Shown here: positions 1 to 8,555 of the stretch, piece after piece
How positions within the stretch are numbered: the first letter of the stretch is position 1
Layout of the letters: every line of letters begins with the position of its first letter
Source: Stellaceae bacterium
GTDB lineage: Bacteria > Pseudomonadota > Alphaproteobacteria > ATCC43930 > CGMCC-115725
Direction: 5' to 3'
Length of the DNA stretch: 42,341 nt
Assembly: GCA_035606035.1 (NCBI GenBank)
Contig: DATNGE010000197.1
Coordinates: 1-42,341 of the forward strand
Translations under genes and position numbers: made by a program
Notes under the pieces: generated by a model
What the model was told of the DNA's origin: nothing
Database searches by the model: none
What the model saw: only the letters and a program-made list of their open reading frames with translations

Positions 1-272
1 CGGACAACACCGTTTGCCTGATGCGCGGCCATGGCTTTGCGGCGGCGGAAGCCTCTCTGCAAGAGGTTGTGCGCATGGCGGTCTACTTGCCGCGCAACGC
101 GCGCGTCCAAATGGCGGCCATGCGCATGGGCGACATCAATCCGCTGTCGTTCAACGAGATCGAGATCAAGCGCTCGGCGCATCGGCCATCGAGCCCGGAA
201 GCGTGGCGCGCCTGGGAATATTGGGCGCACCGTGCCGGCTGCGCCGAGCTGCTCGGCAAGCCACCGCGCTGA
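1..272 (+). CDS. class II aldolase/adducin-family protein, C-terminal fragment (5' end lies outside the window)
   Basis: The frame is open from the window edge (phase of nt 3) to TGA at 270-272. The segment NTVCLMRGHGFAAAEASLQEVV resembles the conserved RGHG region near the C-terminus of class II aldolases. Confidence 0.55.
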   Translation, partial: DNTVCLMRGHGFAAAEASLQEVVRMAVYLPRNARVQMAAMRMGDINPLSFNEIEIKRSAHRPSSPEAWRAWEYWAHRAGCAELLGKPPR

Positions 273-273
273 T

Positions 274-295
274 TGGCGGCGGTTGCCCGCCGCCA
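274..295. terminator. GC-rich hairpin between convergent stop codons (possible terminator)
   Basis: A 9-bp stem tggcggcgg/ccgccgcca with a 4-nt loop ttgc starts 2 nt after the aldolase stop. There is no clear T-tract. Confidence 0.3.
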
Positions 296-327
296 TCACT
301 TACCCGGCCGAAGCGAGTGTGAGGCGC

Positions 328-741
328 TTATCCAAAACTCCGCGACGCTGAAGCGCACCAGCTGTGAAGCCGAGAGTCCCAATCGGCGTTTGGAACGAAC
401 GCATCGACCGAAATCCATTCGGCGCCAATCCCTGATCGAGTGGCTCCAGCGGATAACGCTGTCGGAACGTCGAGGGGTAGCAGGCGAAAGTGGATATCTC
501 TCATACCAGTGGCGAGCGAAAAGATTCGGTTGGACTTGTCGTGCAGCGCCACATACGCGTAACTCCGAAAACTGGGAGAATAGAAAACGGCGTCAGGAAG
601 AGCTTTGCTCAACGCAATGAGTTTTGAGCCAACATCGGAATGCGCGAACGGGTTGGACGCCGTGATGAAGTCGAGCGCGGCTCGGTTGGCGGCGATGAAG
701 AATTTCCGATCGGTAAGGTCGATGAGCGTCGAAATATTCAT
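328..741 (-). CDS. hypothetical protein (137 aa)
   Basis: ATG at 741 is preceded by AAGGGAG. I recognise no motif. GC content is visibly lower than in the surrounding genes. Confidence 0.55.
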   Translation of the reverse strand: MNISTLIDLTDRKFFIAANRAALDFITASNPFAHSDVGSKLIALSKALPDAVFYSPSFRSYAYVALHDKSNRIFSLATGMRDIHFRLLPLDVPTALSAGATRSGIGAEWISVDAFVPNADWDSRLHSWCASASRSFG

Positions 742-781
742 CTCCCTTCGGCCAGGAGCCCGCAACTAAAGACCGCTCCGC

Positions 782-1132
782 CTAGCCATCGCGGTTTGGC
801 GGGTCGGCCGGCATCAACAAGATGAGGCTGCCAACCGCCGCCATGGCGAACGCAGCGGCCGCCGGACCGGTGAGGAATACGCCCGCAAGGCCGCATAGAT
901 TACCGGCCGTCGGGAAGGAGCACGCCCATTCGCCGCCTTTGATCGTTCCGAAGAAAAATCCGACGACGCCGGCAATCAGAAGAACAAAGATATAAAGCAG
1001 AACCGGAAAGCGACGCTCAGGATTCGGCCGGCGTTTGCTGTGCGCGCTGTAGAAGAAGATGGGTGAGAAAAGAGCGGCAACGGGTAACAGCGCCACGGCG
1101 AGCCACAGGAAGGCGAGAAGCGTCTGCCGCAT
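782..1132 (-). CDS. hypothetical small membrane protein (116 aa, about 3 hydrophobic segments)
   Basis: ATG at 1132 has GAGG 8 nt upstream. Hydrophobic stretches include LLAFLWLAVALLPVAALF, VLLYIFVLLIAGVVGFFFG and AAAAFAMAAVGSLILL. Confidence 0.6.
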   Translation of the reverse strand: MRQTLLAFLWLAVALLPVAALFSPIFFYSAHSKRRPNPERRFPVLLYIFVLLIAGVVGFFFGTIKGGEWACSFPTAGNLCGLAGVFLTGPAAAAFAMAAVGSLILLMPADPPNRDG

Positions 1133-1225
1133 AGCTTACCTCGCTCGGCACCCGGCCGAACCTACAGGAACCGGCCGCGAATCAGCCAAACCAATTTCTA
1201 AGCGACTGCCTTTTTGGAACTTCGG

Positions 1226-1302
1226 TGGTAGCGGGGGAGGGAGTTGAACCCCCGACCTTGGGATTATGATTCCCCTGCTCTAACCAACTGAGCTACCCCG
1301 CC
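1226..1302 (-). tRNA. tRNA-Met (anticodon CAT), elongator type; a lysidine-modified tRNA-Ile2 cannot be excluded
   Basis: The reverse complement reads GGCGGGGTAGCTCAGTTGGTTAGAGCAGGGGAATCATAATCCCAAGGTCGGGGGTTCAACTCCCTCCCCCGCTACCA. It folds as a cloverleaf with a 7-bp acceptor stem, a GCTC/GAGC D-stem, a U33-CAT-A37 anticodon loop, a GTTCAACT T-loop and an encoded CCA. It lacks the C1xA72 mismatch of initiator tRNA. Confidence 0.9.
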
Positions 1303-1450
1303 GCCTTACCGATCAAGGGCTTGGCCCGCCCTCGCACGATCCCGAACCGCGCGCGTCGCCGGTGCCGGCGGACCCACGATCGGGAGCGCGCGAGATTAGG
1401 AAAAGTCAGAGCGCAGCGCAATCATTGCCAGCCCGCAGCCGCGCTGAGGC

Positions 1451-2296
1451 TCAGGCCTTGCCGAGCCCTTCGAGCCGGTCGGCGAGGCGGATGAGCGCCC
1501 ATTGCCGCGCGAGGTCGGCCGCTTTGAGCCAGCTCGGCTTCTGGTCGCGCAGCGCTGGTAAGGGCGCGCGCTTGTCCATCGTGGCGATCGAGCGATAAAG
1601 CCGCAATTTATCAACCAGCGCCGGAAAACATCCGTCTTTCAATGCGCCTTCGAGGGAGCGGTACTTGCGCAGCGTCGCGGCGGCGCCTTTCGGGCCGACG
1701 CCCGGCGCGCCCGGAATTTTGTCCGAGGGGTCGCCGCGCAGGGCGATGAAATCGGGCACTTGCTTGGGTTCGACGCCATAGCGCGCCAATACCTCCGCCG
1801 GACCGATGCGCAGCATTTCGCCGCCGCCCGCCGGCTGCAGGATCGTTGTCTTCGGCGAGGCGAGCTGAAACGCATCGCGGTCGCCGGTGGCAACGATGGT
1901 GTCGCCACCCCGTTTTTCCTCGCGGACAACCGCCGCCGCCATGAAATCGTCGGCCTCGAACCCCGCGGCCTTCGCGCAGGCAAAGCCGCAGGCCGCGACG
2001 AATTCGGGAAGCAGCTCGAGTTGCTCGACGAGATCATCGGCGAATTCCCGGCCCGACTGATAGGCCGGAAGCGCGCGGTTGCGATAGGTCGGCGCATCGA
2101 GCGTGTCCCAGCCGACGAGCACGGCGCGGGGGCGTTCCGCCTCGTAGAGGCGCAGCAAAAAATTCGCGAAGCCGACGATCGCACCCGCCGGCTTGTTGCC
2201 TTTGCGGCGGATCGTCTTGGGCAGGGCGTGATACGCCCGATGGGCGAAAGAGTCGCCATCGATGGCGAGCAGCGGCCGGATGACGCGGGCGGGCAT
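1451..2296 (-). CDS. 5'-3' exonuclease (flap endonuclease, Pol I N-terminal-domain-like)
   Basis: Motifs IDGDSFAHRAYHA, GFEADDF, TGDRDAFQL and a helix-hairpin-helix segment IPGAPGVGPKGAA are present. The start is ATG at 2296. Confidence 0.9.
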   Translation of the reverse strand: MPARVIRPLLAIDGDSFAHRAYHALPKTIRRKGNKPAGAIVGFANFLLRLYEAERPRAVLVGWDTLDAPTYRNRALPAYQSGREFADDLVEQLELLPEFVAACGFACAKAAGFEADDFMAAAVVREEKRGGDTIVATGDRDAFQLASPKTTILQPAGGGEMLRIGPAEVLARYGVEPKQVPDFIALRGDPSDKIPGAPGVGPKGAAATLRKYRSLEGALKDGCFPALVDKLRLYRSIATMDKRAPLPALRDQKPSWLKAADLARQWALIRLADRLEGLGKA

Positions 2297-2309
2297 GAGC
2301 GCTAGATCA

Positions 2310-3134
2310 TCAGCCCGGCGCGAGGCCCGTCAATGCCAGGCTCAGCGTCCGCAACCGATGGCGCGCATCGCGGTCGTAAGCCTGTGCATTGGCTTGCGCC
2401 TGGTTCACGCCGTTGAAATAGAGGCCGCTCTTTCCTGCGAGCGCCGGCGCGCGCGCAAGGTTCATGATCGCGTCGGCGCCTTCACCGACGCTGCTCCACG
2501 GCTTGACGCCGGCGCGCCGGACCATGGTCGTGTCCATGTAGGTCGCCGGGTGCAAGCAGGTCGCGGTGACGCCCGTGCCGGCGAGCTCCTCGGCGAGGTC
2601 GAAAGTGAAAAGAATCTGCGCGAGCTTGCTCTGGCAATAAGCGCGCATGCCGCTGTAGCCGCGGGTCAGCATGACGTCGTCGAAATCGATCGCTTGCTGG
2701 CCGCCCGATGACACATTGACGATGCGTGCCGGCGCGCTTCGTCGCAGCAGCGGGAGAAGCAAGCGCGTCAGCAGAAAACCGGCGAGATAATTGACGGCAA
2801 AGCGCAGCTCGTAGCCATCGGCACTCGTCAGACGCTCGGCTCCGGCGGTTCCGATCCCGGCGTTGTTGACGAGAATATCGAGGCGATCCGTCTTCCGCTC
2901 GACCGCGGTCGCGAGATGCCGAACCTCGGCGAGATATGCGAGGTCGGTCCGCAGGAATTCCGCCACGCCGCCCGCGGCAACGATTTCTGCGACCAGCGCA
3001 TCGCCTCTAGCCTGGTCGCGGCCATGCACCAACACGCGAAAATCTTCGCGGCCCAAACGCTGGGCGACCGCGCGGCCCACCCCGTCGGTCGAGCCGGTGA
3101 TGAGCGCCGTTTTGCCTTGGGCGCCGTCAGCCAT
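2310..3134 (-). CDS. SDR-family oxidoreductase
   Basis: It has the cofactor motif TGSTDGVGRAV and the catalytic motif YCQSK. ATG at 3134 follows GAGGAG. Confidence 0.9.
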   Translation of the reverse strand: MADGAQGKTALITGSTDGVGRAVAQRLGREDFRVLVHGRDQARGDALVAEIVAAGGVAEFLRTDLAYLAEVRHLATAVERKTDRLDILVNNAGIGTAGAERLTSADGYELRFAVNYLAGFLLTRLLLPLLRRSAPARIVNVSSGGQQAIDFDDVMLTRGYSGMRAYCQSKLAQILFTFDLAEELAGTGVTATCLHPATYMDTTMVRRAGVKPWSSVGEGADAIMNLARAPALAGKSGLYFNGVNQAQANAQAYDRDARHRLRTLSLALTGLAPG

Positions 3135-3169
3135 TCCTAACTCCTCGCGAACGCGATCAGTTTACGCCC

Positions 3170-3985
3170 TCAACGATGCGCGCGCGATGCTCGCTTCGTG
3201 CCCGTTTGTCTGCTATCGCCGAGCACGACCCATGTCGGCGCATGATCGCTCGCCTTCTCCCAGCCGCGGACGTGGCGATCAACGCGGGCCTCGACGAGCT
3301 TGCCGGCAAGTCCCGGGCTGAGCAGCAGATGATCGATGCGCAAGCCGGCATCGCGCGCCCAGGCATTCCGGAAATAATCCCAAAACGTATAGATGCGCTC
3401 ATCGGGATGCAGCTGCCGCACCGCATCCGTCCAACCGTGTGCCGTGAGCCGGGCGAAGGCTTTGCGGACCTCGGGCCGGAACAGCGCGTCAGTGACCCAG
3501 CGCTCCGGCTTGTAGACGTCGAGGTCGGTCGGCATCACGTTGTAATCGCCGGCAAGGATCGCGGGCGCCTTGCTCGCGAGCAGCTTCTTTGAATATTGCG
3601 TCAGGCGCTCGAACCAGCCGAGCTTGTAGTCGAATTTTGGTCCGGGCGCCGGATTGCCATTGGGCAGATAGAGACAGCCGACAACCAGGTCGCCGATCCC
3701 GGCCTCGATGTAGCGGCTGTGGATGTCGGCGGGATCGCCCGGCAGACCGCGGCGCCGCTCCACCGGATCGGCGCCCCGCACCAGGATGGCGACACCGTTC
3801 CAGCTTTTCTGCCCGTGCCAGATCGCGCCATAGCCGGCCTTTTTGATGGCGGCGAGCGGAAATTTTTCATCCGGCGCCTTCAGCTCCTGGAGGCACGCGA
3901 TGTCCGGCGCGGCCTCTTTCAGCCAGCGCAGGAGCACGGGCAATCGACCGTTGACGCCATTCACGTTGAAGGTCGCGATCTTCAT
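3170..3985 (-). CDS. xthA: exodeoxyribonuclease III
   Basis: The N-terminus MKIATFNVNG, the internal segment LQELK and the C-terminal motif SDHAPTWVVL are typical of the family. I prefer ATG at 3985 over the upstream extension offered by the ORF track. Confidence 0.9.
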   Translation of the reverse strand: MKIATFNVNGVNGRLPVLLRWLKEAAPDIACLQELKAPDEKFPLAAIKKAGYGAIWHGQKSWNGVAILVRGADPVERRRGLPGDPADIHSRYIEAGIGDLVVGCLYLPNGNPAPGPKFDYKLGWFERLTQYSKKLLASKAPAILAGDYNVMPTDLDVYKPERWVTDALFRPEVRKAFARLTAHGWTDAVRQLHPDERIYTFWDYFRNAWARDAGLRIDHLLLSPGLAGKLVEARVDRHVRGWEKASDHAPTWVVLGDSRQTGTKRASRAHR

Positions 3986-4147
3986 GACGGAGAGAATTAT
4001 CGCCGCTAAGGGAGGGTCAGGGAAAGCGAGCGCCCGGGCAAAAGGCCGGTTCATGCTTCCATCAAGCGATATTGACCGAAGGTATGGCTTTCTGGTGTGG
4101 TGCGCGTGACGTTTGGCTGCGGATCACTCAACCGCTGGGGGTGGAGC

Positions 4148-5266
4148 ATGATGAGAAGATGGGGATGGCTCGGCATCGCTGTGCTTGTGGCCGAGCTGTG
4201 GGCGCGGCCCGCGAGCGCGCAATCGGCGGACCAGGCTAAGGCTGAATGGGAGCGCCTCGTCGCCGCCGCCGAGAAAGAAGGTACGGTCGTCATCAATTCG
4301 CAGCCCAATCCGGTATGGCGCGATTTCATCCTGCGCGAATTCGCCAAAGCCTATCCCAAGATCGAGCTCAATTTCTCGATGATCCCCTCGGAGCAGTTCG
4401 TCGCCCGCGTGCGCGTCGAGCGGCAAACTGGCAAATATCTGTGGGATCTCGCGGCGGCCGGCGCGGCGGCGGGCTTCACGCTCTACAAGGACGGCGCGAT
4501 CGATCCGTTCTTGCCGGAGTTGATCCTGCCCGAGGTCAACAAGCCCGAGCTCTGGGGCGGCTGGGATGAGGCCTTTGTCGACACACCGCGCAAATACGTC
4601 TTCTCCATGTCGGCCTTCGTCTTGAGCCCCTATTTCAATGCGGCCCATGTCCCGGCCGAGAAGGTGGCGCAGCTCGGCCTGCGCGTGATGCTCGATCCGG
4701 CCTATGCGGGCAAGACCGCCTGGCAGGATCCGGGTGTCCCGGGCAGCGGACAATCCTACGCCAGCTTGCTGAGGACGCTTGGCGACAATGATTTACGCAA
4801 GCTGCTCGTCGATCAGAAAGCGCTGCTCTTCGCGCAGCAGGCGCAAGTGATCGAGGCGATGGCGCGCGCCACCGCTTGGTTCGGCATCGGCCCGTCGGTC
4901 AGCGCGCTGATCGCGCCCTATGTGCAAGCCGGCGCGATCAAGCAGAGCGACATCCAAGCTTTCGGCAACAAGCCCGAGGTCAGCATCATCAGCATCGGCG
5001 GCAACTGCCTCTACGTCCTCAATCAGCGGCCGCATCCCAATGCGACGCGCGTTTTCGTCAATTGGATGCTGGGCAAAGACGTGCAGCTAAGCCTCGCCAA
5101 GGCGATCGAGCAGGACAGCCGCCGTCAAGACATCCCGCCGGTCTCGCCGCCCGAGACGGCGCCGATCAAAGGTGCCAAATACTCGGTGCCGCAGCGCGAG
5201 GAAGCCTTTGCCCAGCTGGTCGCGGACGCCAAATTCGTCGACGGGCTGCGCAAGCCGGCGCCGTAG
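4148..5266 (+). CDS. ABC transporter substrate-binding protein (family-1, FbpA/AfuA-like)
   Basis: The signal peptide is MMRRWGWLGIAVLVAELWARPASAQS. The protein is a paralogue of the SBPs at 5279-6394 and 33577-34599, sharing the motif (A/R)PHPNA...NW. Confidence 0.85.
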   Translation: MMRRWGWLGIAVLVAELWARPASAQSADQAKAEWERLVAAAEKEGTVVINSQPNPVWRDFILREFAKAYPKIELNFSMIPSEQFVARVRVERQTGKYLWDLAAAGAAAGFTLYKDGAIDPFLPELILPEVNKPELWGGWDEAFVDTPRKYVFSMSAFVLSPYFNAAHVPAEKVAQLGLRVMLDPAYAGKTAWQDPGVPGSGQSYASLLRTLGDNDLRKLLVDQKALLFAQQAQVIEAMARATAWFGIGPSVSALIAPYVQAGAIKQSDIQAFGNKPEVSIISIGGNCLYVLNQRPHPNATRVFVNWMLGKDVQLSLAKAIEQDSRRQDIPPVSPPETAPIKGAKYSVPQREEAFAQLVADAKFVDGLRKPAP

Positions 5267-5278
5267 CGGGCGAGCGCG

Positions 5279-6394
5279 CTACTGCTTCAAATTCTTCTTC
5301 GCGACGTCGGTCACCCGGTCGCGCAGCGGGATCGAATCCTCGGACTGGATGTCCTCGTAACGCACGCCGGGCTTGCCGGCGAGCGCGAGGTCGCTCGGCG
5401 GCACGTCGAGCCGGCGGCTGTTGCGGCCCGATTTGACGTATTCGGTCTGGCCCTCCTTCGAGAGCAGCCAGTTGAGATAGACGATCGCGGCGTTGGGATG
5501 CGGTGCCTTGTCCATCAGCGCCACCGCGCCGAAGCCCGGCCCGCCGGCAACGGTCTTTATGTCGCCCATCCAGACCTCGACGTTCTTGCCCAAACCCTGG
5601 CGCCAGAATTGCTCGAGATCCTGCGAGCCGGTGGCGAGGCCGATCGGGTATTGGCCGCGCACGACCCATTCGGCTTCCTGCCGGCCGTTGTTGCTGTAGG
5701 CGATCTTTTGCGTGCCGACGAGCTTCGCGAGGTAGGCTTCATCGAGATTGAGCAGCATGGTGGCGCCGGTGGCGATGCCGGGGCCGCCGAGCCGCGGGTC
5801 GTCCCAGACGATCTTGCCGGCGAATTCCGGCTTCAAAAGATCCTGCAGCGTTTTGAGATCGTCACGCTTCACAAAATCCCAATTGACGTAACCCGGCGCG
5901 CTGACCGTGAAGTCGAAGGCGAAGGTGAATTTCTTCTCGTGGTCCTGCCAACCCGCCGCGAAACCGCCGAACCATGCCTTGTCGTCGACGATCTCCGGCA
6001 GTTTCAAAGCGGGCCGCAGCGGCGCGAAGGCACCGGCGGGCTTGAGCGTGCTCAGGATCGACGGCGTGCCGCCGATGTAGACATCCCAACTGTAAACGCC
6101 TGCCTCGCGCTCGCGCGTGATCCGCGGAATCGATTCGAAGCCGTTGAGCCCGGTGTAGCTGACTTTGATGTCGGGATATTTTTTCTTGAAGCCGTCGGTG
6201 AAAGCCTCGGCATAGACGCTGCCCGGCGCGCCTTTGATCGCGAGCGCGCCCTCGTTCTTCGCGGCGGCGACGATCGCATCGAAGCTCTCATCCGCAGCCC
6301 ACGCGGGTGAGGCGGCTACAAGCAGCGACAGCGCGATGATCGGTCCGAGCAAGGCCGCACCGGTGACGCGTTGCCCGCCCGCTTCGGTCTCCAT
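5279..6394 (-). CDS. ABC transporter substrate-binding protein (family-1, paralogue of the preceding gene)
   Basis: The signal peptide ends ...SPAWAADE. The motif KAPHPNAAIVYLNWLLSKEGQ is present. ATG at 6394 follows AAGGGGGAG. Confidence 0.85.
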   Translation of the reverse strand: METEAGGQRVTGAALLGPIIALSLLVAASPAWAADESFDAIVAAAKNEGALAIKGAPGSVYAEAFTDGFKKKYPDIKVSYTGLNGFESIPRITREREAGVYSWDVYIGGTPSILSTLKPAGAFAPLRPALKLPEIVDDKAWFGGFAAGWQDHEKKFTFAFDFTVSAPGYVNWDFVKRDDLKTLQDLLKPEFAGKIVWDDPRLGGPGIATGATMLLNLDEAYLAKLVGTQKIAYSNNGRQEAEWVVRGQYPIGLATGSQDLEQFWRQGLGKNVEVWMGDIKTVAGGPGFGAVALMDKAPHPNAAIVYLNWLLSKEGQTEYVKSGRNSRRLDVPPSDLALAGKPGVRYEDIQSEDSIPLRDRVTDVAKKNLKQ

Positions 6395-6539
6395 GGCTCC
6401 CCCTTTTGCGTCGCCGCGCTCATGCTCCGTGGCCGACGCGTTGTCGATTGATCAAGGACCCTATGGCAAGCAGAGGAGCGCCGCAACACGGGCGCCGGCG
6501 GCAGGATCGGCTCGCTACCGCTCGGCGATGCCGGCTCGG

Positions 6540-6830
6540 CTAAGCGACGTCGTCCAGCGATTCCTTCGGCAGCGTGGCGCGGCGCCACGCCGCCAGATCG
6601 ACGACTTTCTGTTGCTGCAACGCGCGGCGGCGGGCAAGCACCATGTTGAGATAGCGCTGGCGGTTGCGCAGCCAAGTGAGGTGATAAGTGTGCTCGCTGG
6701 TTTCGGCTGGGGCGGCGCTGAGCGTGGTCAGCAGATATTCGACCTTGAAGAGGTCATGCCGCAGATCGGCCGTCAGTAGGATCTGGGCACGGACGGCAGT
6801 AGATGGTGATAGTCCCAACGGCCCCTCCAT
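6540..6830 (-). CDS. hypothetical protein (96 aa)
   Basis: ATG at 6830 (the ORF track start at 6860 is TTG). Third-position GC is high over most of the frame. I recognise no motif. Confidence 0.45.
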   Translation of the reverse strand: MEGPLGLSPSTAVRAQILLTADLRHDLFKVEYLLTTLSAAPAETSEHTYHLTWLRNRQRYLNMVLARRRALQQQKVVDLAAWRRATLPKESLDDVA

Positions 6831-6971
6831 CGTCTCACAACCAAGGCGCAACGCTCGCAAAGACGAACGGCATTCATGAGAGCATGGATTTTGATCAAAA
6901 ACGGGGCGGCCCTGGGCAAAAATTGCGAATCCCGTGTCTTAGGCTCGGCCGTTCGCCTTCGCGCGCCGGCG

Positions 6972-7313
6972 TTATTCGCTGGGCTCTTCCTCGTCGGGCA
7001 GATGCTTGCCGATCGTCGTCATCGACTGCCAGTGATTGAGGCTGAAGATCGAGATGTCGGCTGCTTGCAGAATCGCGGTGCAGCCGATCAACGCGTCGGT
7101 CGCGGTGACGCCGCTGCCGCTCGGAAAAGTGCGTATGAGGTCGCCGCTCTCGACCTTCGCGGCGTAGAGGCGGAGCACGCTGGCAAAGAGCTGGCCGAGC
7201 GAATCATCGGGCACATCGTCGAGCCGCTCCTCCTTCAGCGCTGTCTCCATCAGGCTGTCGACCGCATTGATGAGCTCGGCGACTTTGCGCTGGCGATCGT
7301 CGGAATTCGGCAT
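6972..7313 (-). CDS. hypothetical acidic protein (113 aa)
   Basis: ATG at 7313 has AGAGG about 8 nt upstream. Codon usage looks coding. I recognise no motif. Confidence 0.6.
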   Translation of the reverse strand: MPNSDDRQRKVAELINAVDSLMETALKEERLDDVPDDSLGQLFASVLRLYAAKVESGDLIRTFPSGSGVTATDALIGCTAILQAADISIFSLNHWQSMTTIGKHLPDEEEPSE

Positions 7314-7511
7314 GGTTAAACCTCTATCGGCCGCGGCTTACCCGCGCCTCACGCATGATCTAGAGCAACCGGAGCGGCACTCCAAGCCCGGCAAACGAGG
7401 CTTTCCGGACCGCCTCGGGGCTTCCCGCCGCGCGGGCTCTGGTCTAGGCTTGGTCGCAAGGAAAACTCAGCCGCGCGACAGCGGCGGGAAATGACCGGCA
7501 GGTGACCCTTG

Positions 7512-8552
7512 ATGCGCATCATCGACTCCCATTTCCATTGGCGGCCGCGCTCGGTCCTCGATTACCTCTGCCGGCGCACGGACTATCCGCGCGCTCAGCC
7601 CAATGCGAAGGGCGGCTACACCTATTGGCGGCATGAGGGCAAGCGCATCTCCAATGTCGGCGGCGAGTGGTTCGATCTCGAGGCGCAGCTCGCGCATCTC
7701 GACACGCTCGATCCAGGCATGGGCGTGATCTGCTCGGTCGGGCCGTTCACCGTTTCCTTCACCGATTTCGCGGGCGAGGAAGCCCGCGACATCTGCATGA
7801 TGTGGAACGAGGAGATGGCGGCGCGCCAGCGCCAGTATGCCGGCCGCTTCTGGGGCACCGGCGTGGTGCCGCTGAACGACACCAAGATCGCCATCGAGGT
7901 GATGGAGCACGCGATCAACACGCTCGGCCTCGTCGGCATCAATCTGCCGGGCAGCGTCGGCGCGGATCCGCATATCGACGCGCCGCGCCTCGAGCCGTTC
8001 TACGACCGCGTCGAAGCGCTCGACGTGCCGCTCTTCCTGCATCCGACCGACGGCATCTATGAGGATCTCCTCGACGGCTATAACGGCGCGCTTTATCTCA
8101 GCCTTGGCCGTGTCGTCGATGTCAGTGTCGCCGCGTACCGCCTTGTGCTCTCGGGCATGATGGAGCGGCATCCGAATTTGAAGATCTTCATGTCGCATAC
8201 CGGCGGGGCGTTGCCCTATCAGGCGGGCCGCATGGACAAGAATTCCGGCGCCGCCAAGCTGCCGCGGCTGCCGAGCGAATATCTCCGCCGCATGTATACC
8301 GATACAGTCTCGCCGCACACCGCCGGCATCAAATTCGCGATCGATTTCTACGGCGTCGATCACGTGATGTACGGCAGCGACTATCCGTGCTGGAACCCGG
8401 CCGCGGCGCTGAAATTCTTCGGCGAGACCGGCATGTCGCAGGCCGATCAGGAGAAGATCTTCCAGGGCAATGCGCGGCGTATCCTGAAGCTGCGCGACCC
8501 GGCGCCCGCGGCGGTCAAGCAGGCGATCCGCGAACCGGCTCCCGCGAAGTAA
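7512..8552 (+). CDS. amidohydrolase-2 family protein (ACMSD-like metal-dependent hydrolase/decarboxylase)
   Basis: It has the N-terminal IDSHFHW metal-binding motif, an internal LHPTD and a C-terminal MYGSDYP. ATG is at 7512 (the codon at 7509 is TTG). Confidence 0.85.
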   Translation: MRIIDSHFHWRPRSVLDYLCRRTDYPRAQPNAKGGYTYWRHEGKRISNVGGEWFDLEAQLAHLDTLDPGMGVICSVGPFTVSFTDFAGEEARDICMMWNEEMAARQRQYAGRFWGTGVVPLNDTKIAIEVMEHAINTLGLVGINLPGSVGADPHIDAPRLEPFYDRVEALDVPLFLHPTDGIYEDLLDGYNGALYLSLGRVVDVSVAAYRLVLSGMMERHPNLKIFMSHTGGALPYQAGRMDKNSGAAKLPRLPSEYLRRMYTDTVSPHTAGIKFAIDFYGVDHVMYGSDYPCWNPAAALKFFGETGMSQADQEKIFQGNARRILKLRDPAPAAVKQAIREPAPAK

Positions 8553-8555
8553 GCC

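Noticed and set aside
328-1302. A mobile genetic element or genomic island at tRNA-Met
   Set aside because: There is no integrase, transposase or duplicated tRNA 3' end. Only a compositional shift is visible, so it is reported as an observation and not as a mobile_element feature.
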